From an uncultured Oscillospiraceae bacterium (GTDB lineage Bacteria; Bacillota; Clostridia; Oscillospirales; Ruminococcaceae), in the NCBI GenBank assembly GCA_964369975.1, contig CAYJFZ010000005.1:13150-77149 (forward strand): 64,000 nt of DNA, read 5' to 3'. Below the pieces are notes generated by a model. That model made no database searches. It saw only the letters and a list, made by a program, of their open reading frames with translations, and was not told where the DNA came from. How positions within the stretch are numbered: position 1 is the first letter of the stretch; every line of letters starts with the position of its first letter. Both the position numbers and the translations under genes were made by a program. Of this stretch, positions 9,096 through 17,920 are shown piece by piece.

Positions 9096-10361
9096 ATGAA
9101 GATATTAGTCGTTGGCTCTGGTGGCAGAGAGCATGCCACACTTAAAAGCCTTAACAAAAATCAAAATGAGTTATACTGCGCACCGGGGAATGCAGGTATT
9201 GCAAATATAGCTTCCTGCGTGGATATTAAATCAAATGACATTGTAGGCATAACAAATTTTGCAAAAGAAAATAAAATTGACTTAGTTGTAGTAAGCCAAG
9301 ATGAGCCTTTAGTCTTAGGTATGGTAGACGAGCTTGAAAAAGCTGGTATCCGCTCTTTTGGGCCTAATAAAGCTGCTGCTATAATTGAGGGTAGCAAGGC
9401 TTTTTCAAAAAATTTAATGAAAAAATACAATATACCTACTGCAAAGTATGAAAACTTTACATCTTCTAAAGAAGCAATAGCTTATTTAGAAAAAGAAAAT
9501 TCTTATCCTACTGTTATTAAAGCAAGTGGCCTTGCCTTAGGAAAAGGCGTTATCATCGCACAAAATGAAAAAGAGGCAAAAGAAGCTGTTATAGATATGC
9601 TTGATAACTCAAAATTTGGCGAAAGCAGTAAAGAAATAGTAATTGAAGAATTTTTACAAGGCGTTGAAGTTTCTGTTTTAGCTTTTTGCGATGGCAAAAC
9701 TATCCGTCCTTTAATCAGCGCTAAAGACCACAAAAGAGCCTTTGATAATGATGAGGGCTTAAATACTGGCGGTATGGGCGTTATAGCCCCAAATCCCTAC
9801 TATACAAAAGAAATCGAAAAACAAGCCTTTGAAAAAATATTCACTCCTACAATAGAAGCGATGAATAAAGAAGGCAGAAAATTTAAAGGCGTTTTATACT
9901 TTGGCTTAATGCTCACAGATAAAGGGCCTTATGTAATAGAATATAACTGCCGCTTAGGTGACCCTGAAGCTCAAGTTTGCCTTTCTTTACTAAAAACTGA
10001 TTTATTGCAGATAATGAATGCTGTAATTGATGAAAAATTACACGAAGTTGAATTTGAAAACAGCGATGAGGGGGCAATAGTAGTAATGCTTTGCTCAGGT
10101 GGCTATCCTTTAGATTATAAAAAAGGCTATGTAATAAACGGCTTAGATGAAAAAGGTCAAAACGAAAATTTTGATTTTATTTTTCACTCAGGTACTGCAA
10201 AAAATGAAAATGGACAATATACCTCAAATTCAGGTAGGGTATTAGGCTTAGTAGCAAAGGGTGAAAATGTTTTAAAGGCAAAAGAAAAATTATATAGTAA
10301 TATTAAAAAAGTAAACTTTGAGGATTGTTTTTATCGTAGTGATATCGGAGGGAAAAATTAA
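9096..10361 (+). CDS. purD: phosphoribosylamine-glycine ligase
   Basis: MKILVVGSGGREHA start with AAGGAG RBS (start moved from 9048); ATP-grasp motifs; EYNCRLGDPE. Confidence 0.92.
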   Translation: MKILVVGSGGREHATLKSLNKNQNELYCAPGNAGIANIASCVDIKSNDIVGITNFAKENKIDLVVVSQDEPLVLGMVDELEKAGIRSFGPNKAAAIIEGSKAFSKNLMKKYNIPTAKYENFTSSKEAIAYLEKENSYPTVIKASGLALGKGVIIAQNEKEAKEAVIDMLDNSKFGESSKEIVIEEFLQGVEVSVLAFCDGKTIRPLISAKDHKRAFDNDEGLNTGGMGVIAPNPYYTKEIEKQAFEKIFTPTIEAMNKEGRKFKGVLYFGLMLTDKGPYVIEYNCRLGDPEAQVCLSLLKTDLLQIMNAVIDEKLHEVEFENSDEGAIVVMLCSGGYPLDYKKGYVINGLDEKGQNENFDFIFHSGTAKNENGQYTSNSGRVLGLVAKGENVLKAKEKLYSNIKKVNFEDCFYRSDIGGKN

Positions 10362-13300
10362 TGGTATATAGAGTTTATGTTAGTAAAAAAGATGAATTTA
10401 GTAATGAAGACAAGGCAGTTTTTCAAGATTTAAAAAATACTTTAGGCATAACAGCTTTAAAAAAAGTTAAGATATACAATAGGTACGATGTTGAAAATAT
10501 TACAAAAAAAGATTTTGACATAGCTGTAAAATCTGTGTTCTCAGAGCCTGTTGTAGATGATGTTACCTTTAAAGTAGCTTTTGATGAAAATAGCTTTGCT
10601 GTCCAGCTTTTAGCTGGCCAATTTGACCAAAGAGCCGACAGCGCCCAGCAATGTATACAATTTATAACTGCTAAAAAACTACCCTTAGTAAGATATGCAA
10701 AGGTGTATAAACTTTTTGGCAACTTATCAATTAACGATATCCAAGCAATCAAAACTTATTTAGTAAATCCAATAGAGTCTCGCATAGTCTCATTAGATGA
10801 AGTAACAAGCCTTGCCCTTGAATATCAAGAGGGTGAAGCTACTCCTATAATAAAGGGCTTTAACGATTTAAAAGGCGATGAAATAGATGTATTTATAAAG
10901 CAATACTCCCTTGCTATGGATAAGGAAGATGTACTATTTTCTCAAAACTATTTTAAGAATACAGAAAAAAGAAACCCTACTTTAACAGAGCTTAAAGTTA
11001 TAGATACTTACTGGTCAGACCATTGTCGCCACACTACTTTTTTTACTAATTTAACAGATGTGAAAATAGAAGATGCTACAATACAAAAAAGTTTTGATGA
11101 ATATTTAAAAGTGAAAAACTCACTGTATCCAAACGGTAGAAAAGACACTTTAATGAACCTTGCTACGATAGCTGCAAAGCATTTAAAAGCAATAGGTAAA
11201 TTAAAAAATCTTGATGAGAGTGATGAAGTAAACGCTTGTAGTGTGAAAATTGATGTAACAGCCGATGGCAAAAAAGAAAAATGGCTTTTAATGTTCAAAA
11301 ACGAAACTCATAATCACCCAACAGAAATAGAGCCTTTTGGTGGAGCTGCTACCTGCCTTGGCGGGGCTATTCGTGATCCATTATCAGGAAGAAGTTTTGT
11401 TTATCAAGCTATGCGTATCTCAGGCGCTGGCGATCCTCGAACCCCTTTACATAAAACTTTAAAAGGCAAATTATCTCAAAGAAAAATTTGCCAGAATGCT
11501 GCGAGTGGCTACTCCTCTTATGGCAATCAAATAGGCCTTGCAACAGGGCTTGTTAATGAAATATATCATCCTGGCTTTGTAGCAAAACGCTTAGAGCTTG
11601 GCGCAGTTATTGCAGCAGCACCACAAAAAAATGTAGTAAGAAAAACTCCTGTTGAGGGCGATGTTATCATCCTTTTAGGTGGCCTTACTGGTAGAGATGG
11701 CTGTGGTGGCGCTACTGGCTCATCTAAAGCTCACGACTTATCTTCTTTAGAAGAATGCGGAGCAGAAGTACAAAAAGGTAATGCGCCTGAAGAAAGAAAA
11801 ATACAAAGATTATTTAGAAATCCAGTTGTTACTAAAATGATAAAAAGATGTAATGACTTTGGCGCTGGTGGCGTAAGCGTTGCTATAGGTGAGTTATGCG
11901 ATAGCTTAATTATCGACCTTGACAAGGTGCCTAAAAAATACGAAGGCTTAACAGCTACTGAAATCGCAATAAGCGAAAGCCAAGAAAGAATGGCAGTAGT
12001 AATAGCTCAAAAACATCTTAAAAAGTTTATAAAACTTGCAAAAGAAGAAAACCTATTAGCTACTCATGTTGCCACTGTTACAAACACTGGCTACCTTGAA
12101 ATGATATCTAAAAATAAAAAAGTAGTAAGTATTTCAAGAGAGTTTTTAGATACTTCCGGCGCTGAAAAGTTTTCAACTGCTTTAATTAAAAAGCAAAACT
12201 TTTCACTAAAAGCTGATGAATTTAGTGATGTTTATGAAAAATTTAATGAGGTATTAAGTGATATTAATATAGCCTCACAAAAAGGCCTAACTCAAAGATT
12301 TGACTCAACTGTTGGCGCTGGTAGTGTGTTAATGCCTTTAGGTGGTAAAAACCAATTAACTCCTATTCAAGCGATGGTAGCAAAAATAAACAGCGATGAA
12401 AAAGATATTAAAACAGCAAGTATAATGAGCTATGGTTTTGATCCGTATTTAGCCGAGCAAAGCCCATACTACGCAGCCTACTACGCTGTAATCTCATCAG
12501 TTGCAAAAATTGTAGCCACTGGTGGTGATATTCAAAAAACTTACCTTTCTTTCCAAGAATACTTTGAAAGATTAAGAAAAGAGCCTCTTCGCTGGGGCAA
12601 GCCTTTATCTGCTTTACTCGGCGCTTTTGAAGCTCAATTAAACCTTGAAATTGGCGCAATCGGTGGCAAAGACAGTATGAGTGGTAGTTTTGAAAACTTA
12701 GATGTCCCTCCTTCATTAGTGTCCTTTGCTGTAAGTGTTAGTGAAGTGGATAATGTTATATCTCCTGAATTTAAAAAAGCTGGCTCTAATTTATATATTA
12801 TAAGACCTTTAAAAGATGAAAATGGCTTATACAACCCACACAGCCTTAAAAAGACTTATAAGCAAATCCAAAAAGCTATTAAATCAAAACGCATACTTTC
12901 TGCTTGGGCAATAGGCGCAGGCGGTATAGCAGAAGCTATTTCAAAAATGGCATTTGGTAATGACATCGGCGTTAAAATAAAAGGCGAAGTATCACAAGAA
13001 GATTTATTCTTAAAAGACTACGGTGCAATCTTAGTAGAGACTGATGCTGTTTTAAGATTTGGTAAAAAAATCGGCGAAACTATACAAAAACCAGTCATAA
13101 TCTATAAGCGCAAAAACTTAAAATTGAAAAAATTAAAAGATGTATGGCAAGCTCCTTTAGAAGAAGTATATCCTACTAAAACACAAGAGCAAAAAGCTGA
13201 AAAACTACAAACTATATCCTACACCGCCCCTATTAAAAAACTTTCACCACAAATAAAAGTAGCCACTCCAAAAGTTTTAATCCCTGTATTCCCTGGCACT

Positions 13301-14065
13301 AACAGCGAGTACGACTTAGCAAAGGCTTTTGCAAAACAAGGGGCAAAAACTGAAATATTTGTAGTGAAAAATCAAAGCGCAAGCGATATAAAACAAACAG
13401 CAAGAGACCTTGCTGATAAATTAAAAACAAGTAATATTTTAGCTATCCCTGGTGGATTTTCTGGTGGTGATGAGCCAGACGGAAGTGCAAAGTTTATAAT
13501 TTCAATGCTTAAAAATCCATTAATCGCTGAAGAAATTACTAATCTTTTAGAAGCTCGTGACGGCTTGTGTTTGGGTATATGTAATGGTTTTCAAGCCCTT
13601 GTAAAATTAGGCTTAGTGCCTTATGGTAAGATAATGAGTCCAAGTGAAGATATGCCAACGCTTACTTTTAACAGTATTTCTCGCCATCAATCAGGCCTTG
13701 CCCCTACAAGGGTAAGCAGTGTAAAATCTCCTTGGCTGATGTATCATAATGTTGGCGATACAGCCTTAGCAGCCTTAAGCCACGGTGAGGGCAGATTTAT
13801 AGCTAACGATGCTACCTTAAAATCAATGATTGAAAACGGACAAATTGCAACTCAATATATTGATACTGATAAAAATGCAACAAGTGATATTAATTTTAAC
13901 TTAAATAACTCTCATCTTGCTATTGAGGGTATCACATCACCTGACGGTAGAGTTTTTGGTAAGATGCTTCATAGCGAAAGATACGAAGAAAACAACTTTA
14001 AAAATGTTCCTGATAATAAGCCTTTAAATATATTTAAAGGCGCAGTTGATTATTTTACAAAGTAA
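10361..14065 (+). CDS. purL: phosphoribosylformylglycinamidine synthase, large single-chain form (synthetase plus glutaminase domains)
   Basis: 1234 aa; ETHNHPTEIEPFGGAATC, duplicated AIRS-like domains, C-terminal class I amidotransferase (GICNGFQ, HGEGRF). Confidence 0.92.
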   Translation: MVYRVYVSKKDEFSNEDKAVFQDLKNTLGITALKKVKIYNRYDVENITKKDFDIAVKSVFSEPVVDDVTFKVAFDENSFAVQLLAGQFDQRADSAQQCIQFITAKKLPLVRYAKVYKLFGNLSINDIQAIKTYLVNPIESRIVSLDEVTSLALEYQEGEATPIIKGFNDLKGDEIDVFIKQYSLAMDKEDVLFSQNYFKNTEKRNPTLTELKVIDTYWSDHCRHTTFFTNLTDVKIEDATIQKSFDEYLKVKNSLYPNGRKDTLMNLATIAAKHLKAIGKLKNLDESDEVNACSVKIDVTADGKKEKWLLMFKNETHNHPTEIEPFGGAATCLGGAIRDPLSGRSFVYQAMRISGAGDPRTPLHKTLKGKLSQRKICQNAASGYSSYGNQIGLATGLVNEIYHPGFVAKRLELGAVIAAAPQKNVVRKTPVEGDVIILLGGLTGRDGCGGATGSSKAHDLSSLEECGAEVQKGNAPEERKIQRLFRNPVVTKMIKRCNDFGAGGVSVAIGELCDSLIIDLDKVPKKYEGLTATEIAISESQERMAVVIAQKHLKKFIKLAKEENLLATHVATVTNTGYLEMISKNKKVVSISREFLDTSGAEKFSTALIKKQNFSLKADEFSDVYEKFNEVLSDINIASQKGLTQRFDSTVGAGSVLMPLGGKNQLTPIQAMVAKINSDEKDIKTASIMSYGFDPYLAEQSPYYAAYYAVISSVAKIVATGGDIQKTYLSFQEYFERLRKEPLRWGKPLSALLGAFEAQLNLEIGAIGGKDSMSGSFENLDVPPSLVSFAVSVSEVDNVISPEFKKAGSNLYIIRPLKDENGLYNPHSLKKTYKQIQKAIKSKRILSAWAIGAGGIAEAISKMAFGNDIGVKIKGEVSQEDLFLKDYGAILVETDAVLRFGKKIGETIQKPVIIYKRKNLKLKKLKDVWQAPLEEVYPTKTQEQKAEKLQTISYTAPIKKLSPQIKVATPKVLIPVFPGTNSEYDLAKAFAKQGAKTEIFVVKNQSASDIKQTARDLADKLKTSNILAIPGGFSGGDEPDGSAKFIISMLKNPLIAEEITNLLEARDGLCLGICNGFQALVKLGLVPYGKIMSPSEDMPTLTFNSISRHQSGLAPTRVSSVKSPWLMYHNVGDTALAALSHGEGRFIANDATLKSMIENGQIATQYIDTDKNATSDINFNLNNSHLAIEGITSPDGRVFGKMLHSERYEENNFKNVPDNKPLNIFKGAVDYFTK

Positions 14066-14079
14066 ATTTTCATAAAAAT

Positions 14080-14120
14080 AAAAACAAGCTGATGCTTTGT
14101 AGCAGTCAGCTTGTTTTTAT
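14080..14120. terminator. bidirectional rho-independent terminator between purL and the convergent P-loop gene
   Basis: ACAAGCTGATGCT / AGCAGTCAGCTTGT stem flanked by an A-run and a T-run. Confidence 0.8.
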
Positions 14121-14121
14121 T

Positions 14122-14643
14122 TTAAATTTTTATTAAATTTACATCAACAGTATAGCTATCATCTATATAGATATAGTTAAGTTTTTTCTCTTTACACTGC
14201 TTTAAATTATTCTCATTATCTTTAATCAAATTTTCTTTTGTACACCATGAATTATCATCACGATTTTCGATTTTGTTTGCATAAAGTAATATGTCCTCAA
14301 AATGCTCATTTATATAGTTTTTAGACATAACTAAGCAATAATATCTAATTTGAAGTAGGTATTCATTTGAAAAATCATTTTGCCAATCAAAAGGAATATA
14401 ACAACCCTCAATAATTAAATTTTGATTATTTTCAATAGCGGTCTTTACTATTCCTTTTACAATACTCCATAAATATGGTGTTAGCTCCTTATCATCGCTC
14501 ACTGTCAGCTGTGTTTTACCACTGCGTATTAAACCCATTTTCAGATGGTCAATAGATAGATAAGGATAAAAATATTTTTTTAGTAATTTTTGCGATAAAA
14601 CTGTTTTCCCTGTATGCGAAGCGCCTGCAATTAAAATCACCAT
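14122..14643 (-). CDS. P-loop NTPase/kinase (2-phosphoglycerate-kinase / AAA_33-like)
   Basis: Walker A GASHTGKT at the N-terminus, SIDHLKMGL and LIIEG segments reminiscent of small nucleotide/2-PG kinase-like proteins; function not assignable from sequence alone. Confidence 0.55.
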   Translation of the reverse strand: MVILIAGASHTGKTVLSQKLLKKYFYPYLSIDHLKMGLIRSGKTQLTVSDDKELTPYLWSIVKGIVKTAIENNQNLIIEGCYIPFDWQNDFSNEYLLQIRYYCLVMSKNYINEHFEDILLYANKIENRDDNSWCTKENLIKDNENNLKQCKEKKLNYIYIDDSYTVDVNLIKI

Positions 14644-14815
14644 AAAGCCTATCCCCTTTCAATTATCTAAATAATAATTGTGATTATTATAAGATAGTTG
14701 TTTGAAAAAAGCAAACAACTTTTTAAAATAGCAACTATTGGTTGCATAAAATCAAAAGCTCTTTTCTTGTTTGTAACTAAGTTATCTTATATAATATTAT
14801 TAGGAGGTGATAATA

Positions 14816-15148
14816 ATGAGCTTAGGCGAAAGAATTCAAAATTTAAGAAAAGAAAAAAACTATTCTCAAGAAATGCTTGCGGAACAATTAGAGATTTCAA
14901 GGCAGGCGATATCTAAATGGGAAGGCGACCAAGTGCTTCCTGAAATAGATAATTTGATAAAATTATCTAAAATATTTAAAGTCAGCATCGATTATTTATT
15001 AACAGGACAAGAAAGTATATTTATAGAGAAAGTAGCAAAAACAAACTACCAAATTGACCAAAAGACTACTAACATTATATCTATCATAGCTTCCAGTGCT
15101 ACTATCCTATTCATTTTCATAGCAAGTCTTTATTGGCTAACAAATTAA
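14816..15148 (+). CDS. XRE-family helix-turn-helix regulator with C-terminal transmembrane segment
   Basis: LGERIQNLRKEKNYSQEMLAEQLEISRQAISKWE is a classic Cro/C1 HTH; C-terminal IISIIASSATILFIFIASLYWL; start placed at the ATG after the AGGAGG RBS. Confidence 0.8.
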   Translation: MSLGERIQNLRKEKNYSQEMLAEQLEISRQAISKWEGDQVLPEIDNLIKLSKIFKVSIDYLLTGQESIFIEKVAKTNYQIDQKTTNIISIIASSATILFIFIASLYWLTN

Positions 15149-15160
15149 TACTTAATAAAT

Positions 15161-15196
15161 AAAACTCTCATTTATACTTTAAATGAGAGTTTTTGT
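15161..15196. terminator. hairpin terminator between the XRE gene and the convergent small membrane-protein gene
   Basis: AAACTCTCATTT / AAATGAGAGTTT stem with flanking A/T runs. Confidence 0.7.
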
Positions 15197-15220
15197 TAAT
15201 ATATTATACTGTATTAAAAT

Positions 15221-15493
15221 TCATTTTCTTTTTATAAGAGTTATTCCATTTAGTAGTATAGAAATTACAACTAAGCTAAAGAAAATCCCAGCTGTAGGTA
15301 GAACAACATCTATTAAAGCGCCCCAATCTCCTACTTTAACCCATTCTGCGTTCATCATATTAACTGCTGCGAGTGTTAGAGCTGTTAAAGATATGCTAAT
15401 AAATCTAAAAATTTCTGGATTTTTTGCCTTAATCCACAAATATAAATTTATACCTGCTGTTATCATAGCACCCATTCCAAATACAAACCACAT
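15221..15493 (-). CDS. small three-TM membrane protein, unknown function
   Basis: 90 aa with three clear hydrophobic helices; preferred over the overlapping + strand ORF 15183..15533, which has no comparable TM organisation. Confidence 0.5.
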   Translation of the reverse strand: MWFVFGMGAMITAGINLYLWIKAKNPEIFRFISISLTALTLAAVNMMNAEWVKVGDWGALIDVVLPTAGIFFSLVVISILLNGITLIKRK

Positions 15494-15572
15494 AATTTTA
15501 CCATCCTTTTATACTTTTCCTATAATTATATAACAATAAATCTAATATATCAAGTTTGTCTATTCTTGCATA

Positions 15573-16039
15573 AAAAAGACTCCCTATACAGGAAGTCTTT
15601 AAAATTGATAAATAAAATATTATCTTTTTGAGAATTGGGAAGTAGCTGAGCGCTGCCAGTGGCAGAAGTAGCGAAGCGGATGACTGTGCAAAACAAAGAG
15701 AATTTTAAAATTGCTTTAGCTTTTTTATAAATTCGACTATGTTTTGCTCCGTAGAGCAATTCTCTTATAATAAAAAAAGACTCCCTATATAGGAAGTCTT
15801 TAAAATTGATAAATAAAATATTATCTTTTTGAGAATTGGGAAGTAGCTGAGCGCTGCCAGTGGCAGAAGTAGCGAAGCGGATGACTGTGCAAAACAAAGA
15901 GAATTTTAAAATTGCTTTAGCTTTTTTATAAATTCGACTATGTTTTGCTCCGTTGAGCAATTCTCTTATAATAAAAAAAGACTCCCTATATAGGAAGTCT
16001 TTTGAATATCCAAAAAAGAAATTATCTTTTTGAGAATTG
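15573..16039. repeat. 201-bp tandem repeat, 2 full copies plus a partial third copy that is the genuine rpsI 3' end and terminator
   Basis: GACTCCCTATA(C/T)AGGAAGTC hairpin recurs at 15578, 15779 and 15980 (period 201). Copies 1 and 2 differ at only about three positions. Each unit contains ATTATCTTTTTGAGAATTG, identical to the last codons and stop of rpsI. Confidence 0.95.
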
Positions 16040-16420
16040 CGGTGCACGACGAGCAGCTTTTAGACCGTATTTTTTTCTTTCTTTCATTCTTGGGTCTCTT
16101 GTTAAGAAGCCTGCTTTTTTGATTTCAGGGCGTAAATTTTCATCGTATTGTAATAACGCTCTTGATAAACCGTGTCTTATTGCGCCAGCTTGTCCTGACA
16201 CACCGCCACCTTTAACATTTATAGCTAAATCAAATTTATCTGTTGTTTGTGTTAGAACCATCGGTTGTCTCACTATCATTTTTAGTGTTTCTAAACCGAA
16301 GTAATCATCAATATCTCTACCATTAACTGTAATTTTACCGCTACCGCTGTAAACTCTTACTCTTGCAACGGAAGATTTACGACGACCTGTTCCATAAAAA
16401 TATGCTTTTGTTTCGTACAT
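16022..16420 (-). CDS. rpsI: 30S ribosomal protein S9
   Basis: [14 protein letters not shown]...[14 protein letters not shown]...[14 protein letters not shown]...RRAPQFSKR; start set at the ATG with proper spacing to the AGGAGG RBS. Confidence 0.95.
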   Translation of the reverse strand: MYETKAYFYGTGRRKSSVARVRVYSGSGKITVNGRDIDDYFGLETLKMIVRQPMVLTQTTDKFDLAINVKGGGVSGQAGAIRHGLSRALLQYDENLRPEIKKAGFLTRDPRMKERKKYGLKAARRAPQFSKR

Positions 16421-16441
16421 AATCATTATCCTCCTTCTAAA

Positions 16442-16870
16442 TTAAAACTCAAGAGCTTCTGGTTTTTGAGCTTGGTTTTCGTGTTGTTCGCCTTTGTATA
16501 CTCTAAGTCTTGTTAATGCTTTAGCGCCCATTGTATTTGATGGGATCATACCTTTAACAGCAAGCATCATAGCCTTTGGTGAGTTTGTAGCCATTAATGT
16601 TTTGTAGTTAACAGCTTTTAAGCCACCTATCCAGCCTGTGTGACGATAGTAGTATTTGTTATCTAATTTTGAGCCTGTTAAAACTGCTTTATCGCAGTTA
16701 ATGATAATAACATGATCGCCGCCATCAACATGTGGTGTGTAAGTTACTTTGCCTTTGCCTCTTAATAAGTCAGCAGCTCTTGCAGCAACACGACCTAATG
16801 GTTTGCCTGCAGCATCAAGTATATACCATTTACGCTCTACTTCTTTTGGTTTTTGTAAATAAGTACTCAT
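16442..16870 (-). CDS. rplM: 50S ribosomal protein L13
   Basis: RKWYILDAAGKPLGRVAA..LRGK motif; conserved rplM-rpsI pair. Confidence 0.95.
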   Translation of the reverse strand: MSTYLQKPKEVERKWYILDAAGKPLGRVAARAADLLRGKGKVTYTPHVDGGDHVIIINCDKAVLTGSKLDNKYYYRHTGWIGGLKAVNYKTLMATNSPKAMMLAVKGMIPSNTMGAKALTRLRVYKGEQHENQAQKPEALEF

Positions 16871-16950
16871 AATATCCTCCTGTAAATTTTTAAGTTAATA
16901 TATCTCTAACTTAATAACAAAATTAAAAACCCTCTAAAGGGTGTAGTATT

Positions 16951-16979
16951 AGTATACTTACTTTGGCTATAAAAGTCAA
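16951..16979 (-). promoter_or_regulatory. sigma-A-type promoter for rplM-rpsI
   Basis: On the minus strand TTGACT, 17-nt spacer, TATACT, about 80 nt upstream of the rplM ATG; the leader contains two small hairpins (possible L13 autoregulatory leader, not verified). Confidence 0.55.
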
Positions 16980-17168
16980 CACTTTTTTAGCTAAATTTTC
17001 ACCTATTGCGATTTTTCTTTTCTTTTTGTGTGTTTTGCTCTGTTTTTCTTTGTTTTTCTATACTTCTAATTTACAAAATTACACTTGAAATAATAAAAAA
17101 AATGGCATATACTATAAAAAGATTTATAAAATAAAGAGATTAATAATACATATATTAAAGGGGAAGTT

Positions 17169-17909
17169 ATGCCAAACTATTTTCAAAAATTATCAGGGCT
17201 TGTAAGAAAAGCTATAATGCAATACGATATGATACAAGAAAACGATAAGATAGCTGTGGCTGTATCAGGCGGAAAAGACAGCGTACTTTTAGCTTTATCG
17301 CTAAATCAAGTAAGAAGGTATCTTGGGATTAATTTTGATATAATAGCTATTACTATCGACCCTCGCTTTTCAAAAGATGATACTGATTTTTCTATAATCG
17401 AAAATTTATTTAAAGAGCATAATATAGAATACCATATTAAAAGAAGCGATATAGGTACTATAATTTTTGATGAGAGAAAAGAGGCGAATCCTTGTTCTTT
17501 ATGTGCAAGAATGAGAAGGGGCGCCTTACACGATTTAACCTTAGAGCTTGGCTGTAACAAAATAGCCTTAGGCCATCATTTAGATGATGCTATTGAGACT
17601 TTTTATATGAATTTATGGAATGAGGGTAGGATAGGCACTTTTTCTCCCCTTACCTATCTTTCTATAAAAGACATTACAATGATACGCCCTTTTGCCCTTG
17701 CTTGTGAGAGCGATGTAATAAGAGCGCAAAAGCAATTAAATATCCCTATTGTAAAATCAGAATGTAAGGTAGATGGAATTACAAATCGCCAGAATATGAA
17801 AGAATTTGTAAATCAAAAAAGCAAAGAAGATCCGTTTTTTAGAAGAAAGTCCCTAACTGCTTTTCAAAATAAAAACTTAGACGGCTGGGGCATAAAAAAA
17901 GATAAATAA
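17169..17909 (+). CDS. ttcA: PP-loop ATPase, TtcA-like tRNA 2-thiocytidine synthetase family
   Basis: SGGKDS PP-loop, CSLCARMRRG cysteine motif, LGHHLDD. Confidence 0.75.
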   Translation: MPNYFQKLSGLVRKAIMQYDMIQENDKIAVAVSGGKDSVLLALSLNQVRRYLGINFDIIAITIDPRFSKDDTDFSIIENLFKEHNIEYHIKRSDIGTIIFDERKEANPCSLCARMRRGALHDLTLELGCNKIALGHHLDDAIETFYMNLWNEGRIGTFSPLTYLSIKDITMIRPFALACESDVIRAQKQLNIPIVKSECKVDGITNRQNMKEFVNQKSKEDPFFRRKSLTAFQNKNLDGWGIKKDK

Positions 17910-17920
17910 TAGAGGTGTAT

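Noticed and set aside
5082-14065. Absence of purC, purF, purK and purB from the purine operon as evidence of a novel pathway
   Set aside because: These genes are most likely encoded elsewhere in the genome, and operon composition varies widely among Firmicutes. This cannot be assessed from one window.
14698-14916. 72-aa plus-strand ORF overlapping the XRE gene start
   Set aside because: It is out of frame with the well-supported HTH protein, has no RBS, and covers the promoter region.
15183-15533. 116-aa plus-strand ORF overlapping the small membrane protein gene
   Set aside because: It starts inside the upstream terminator hairpin and has no RBS. The minus-strand frame gives a cleaner three-TM protein, so only the minus-strand ORF is kept, and that with modest confidence.
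15573-16039. Possible CRISPR array (regularly spaced repeats)
   Set aside because: The units are directly abutting 201-bp copies with no unique spacers, there are no cas genes nearby, and the repeat length is far outside the CRISPR range.
15550-16047. 165-aa minus-strand ORF with internally repeated peptide sequence
   Set aside because: It is an artefact of the 201-bp (67-codon) tandem DNA repeat. It runs through terminator hairpins and the rpsI 3' end, has no RBS, and its composition is not protein-like.
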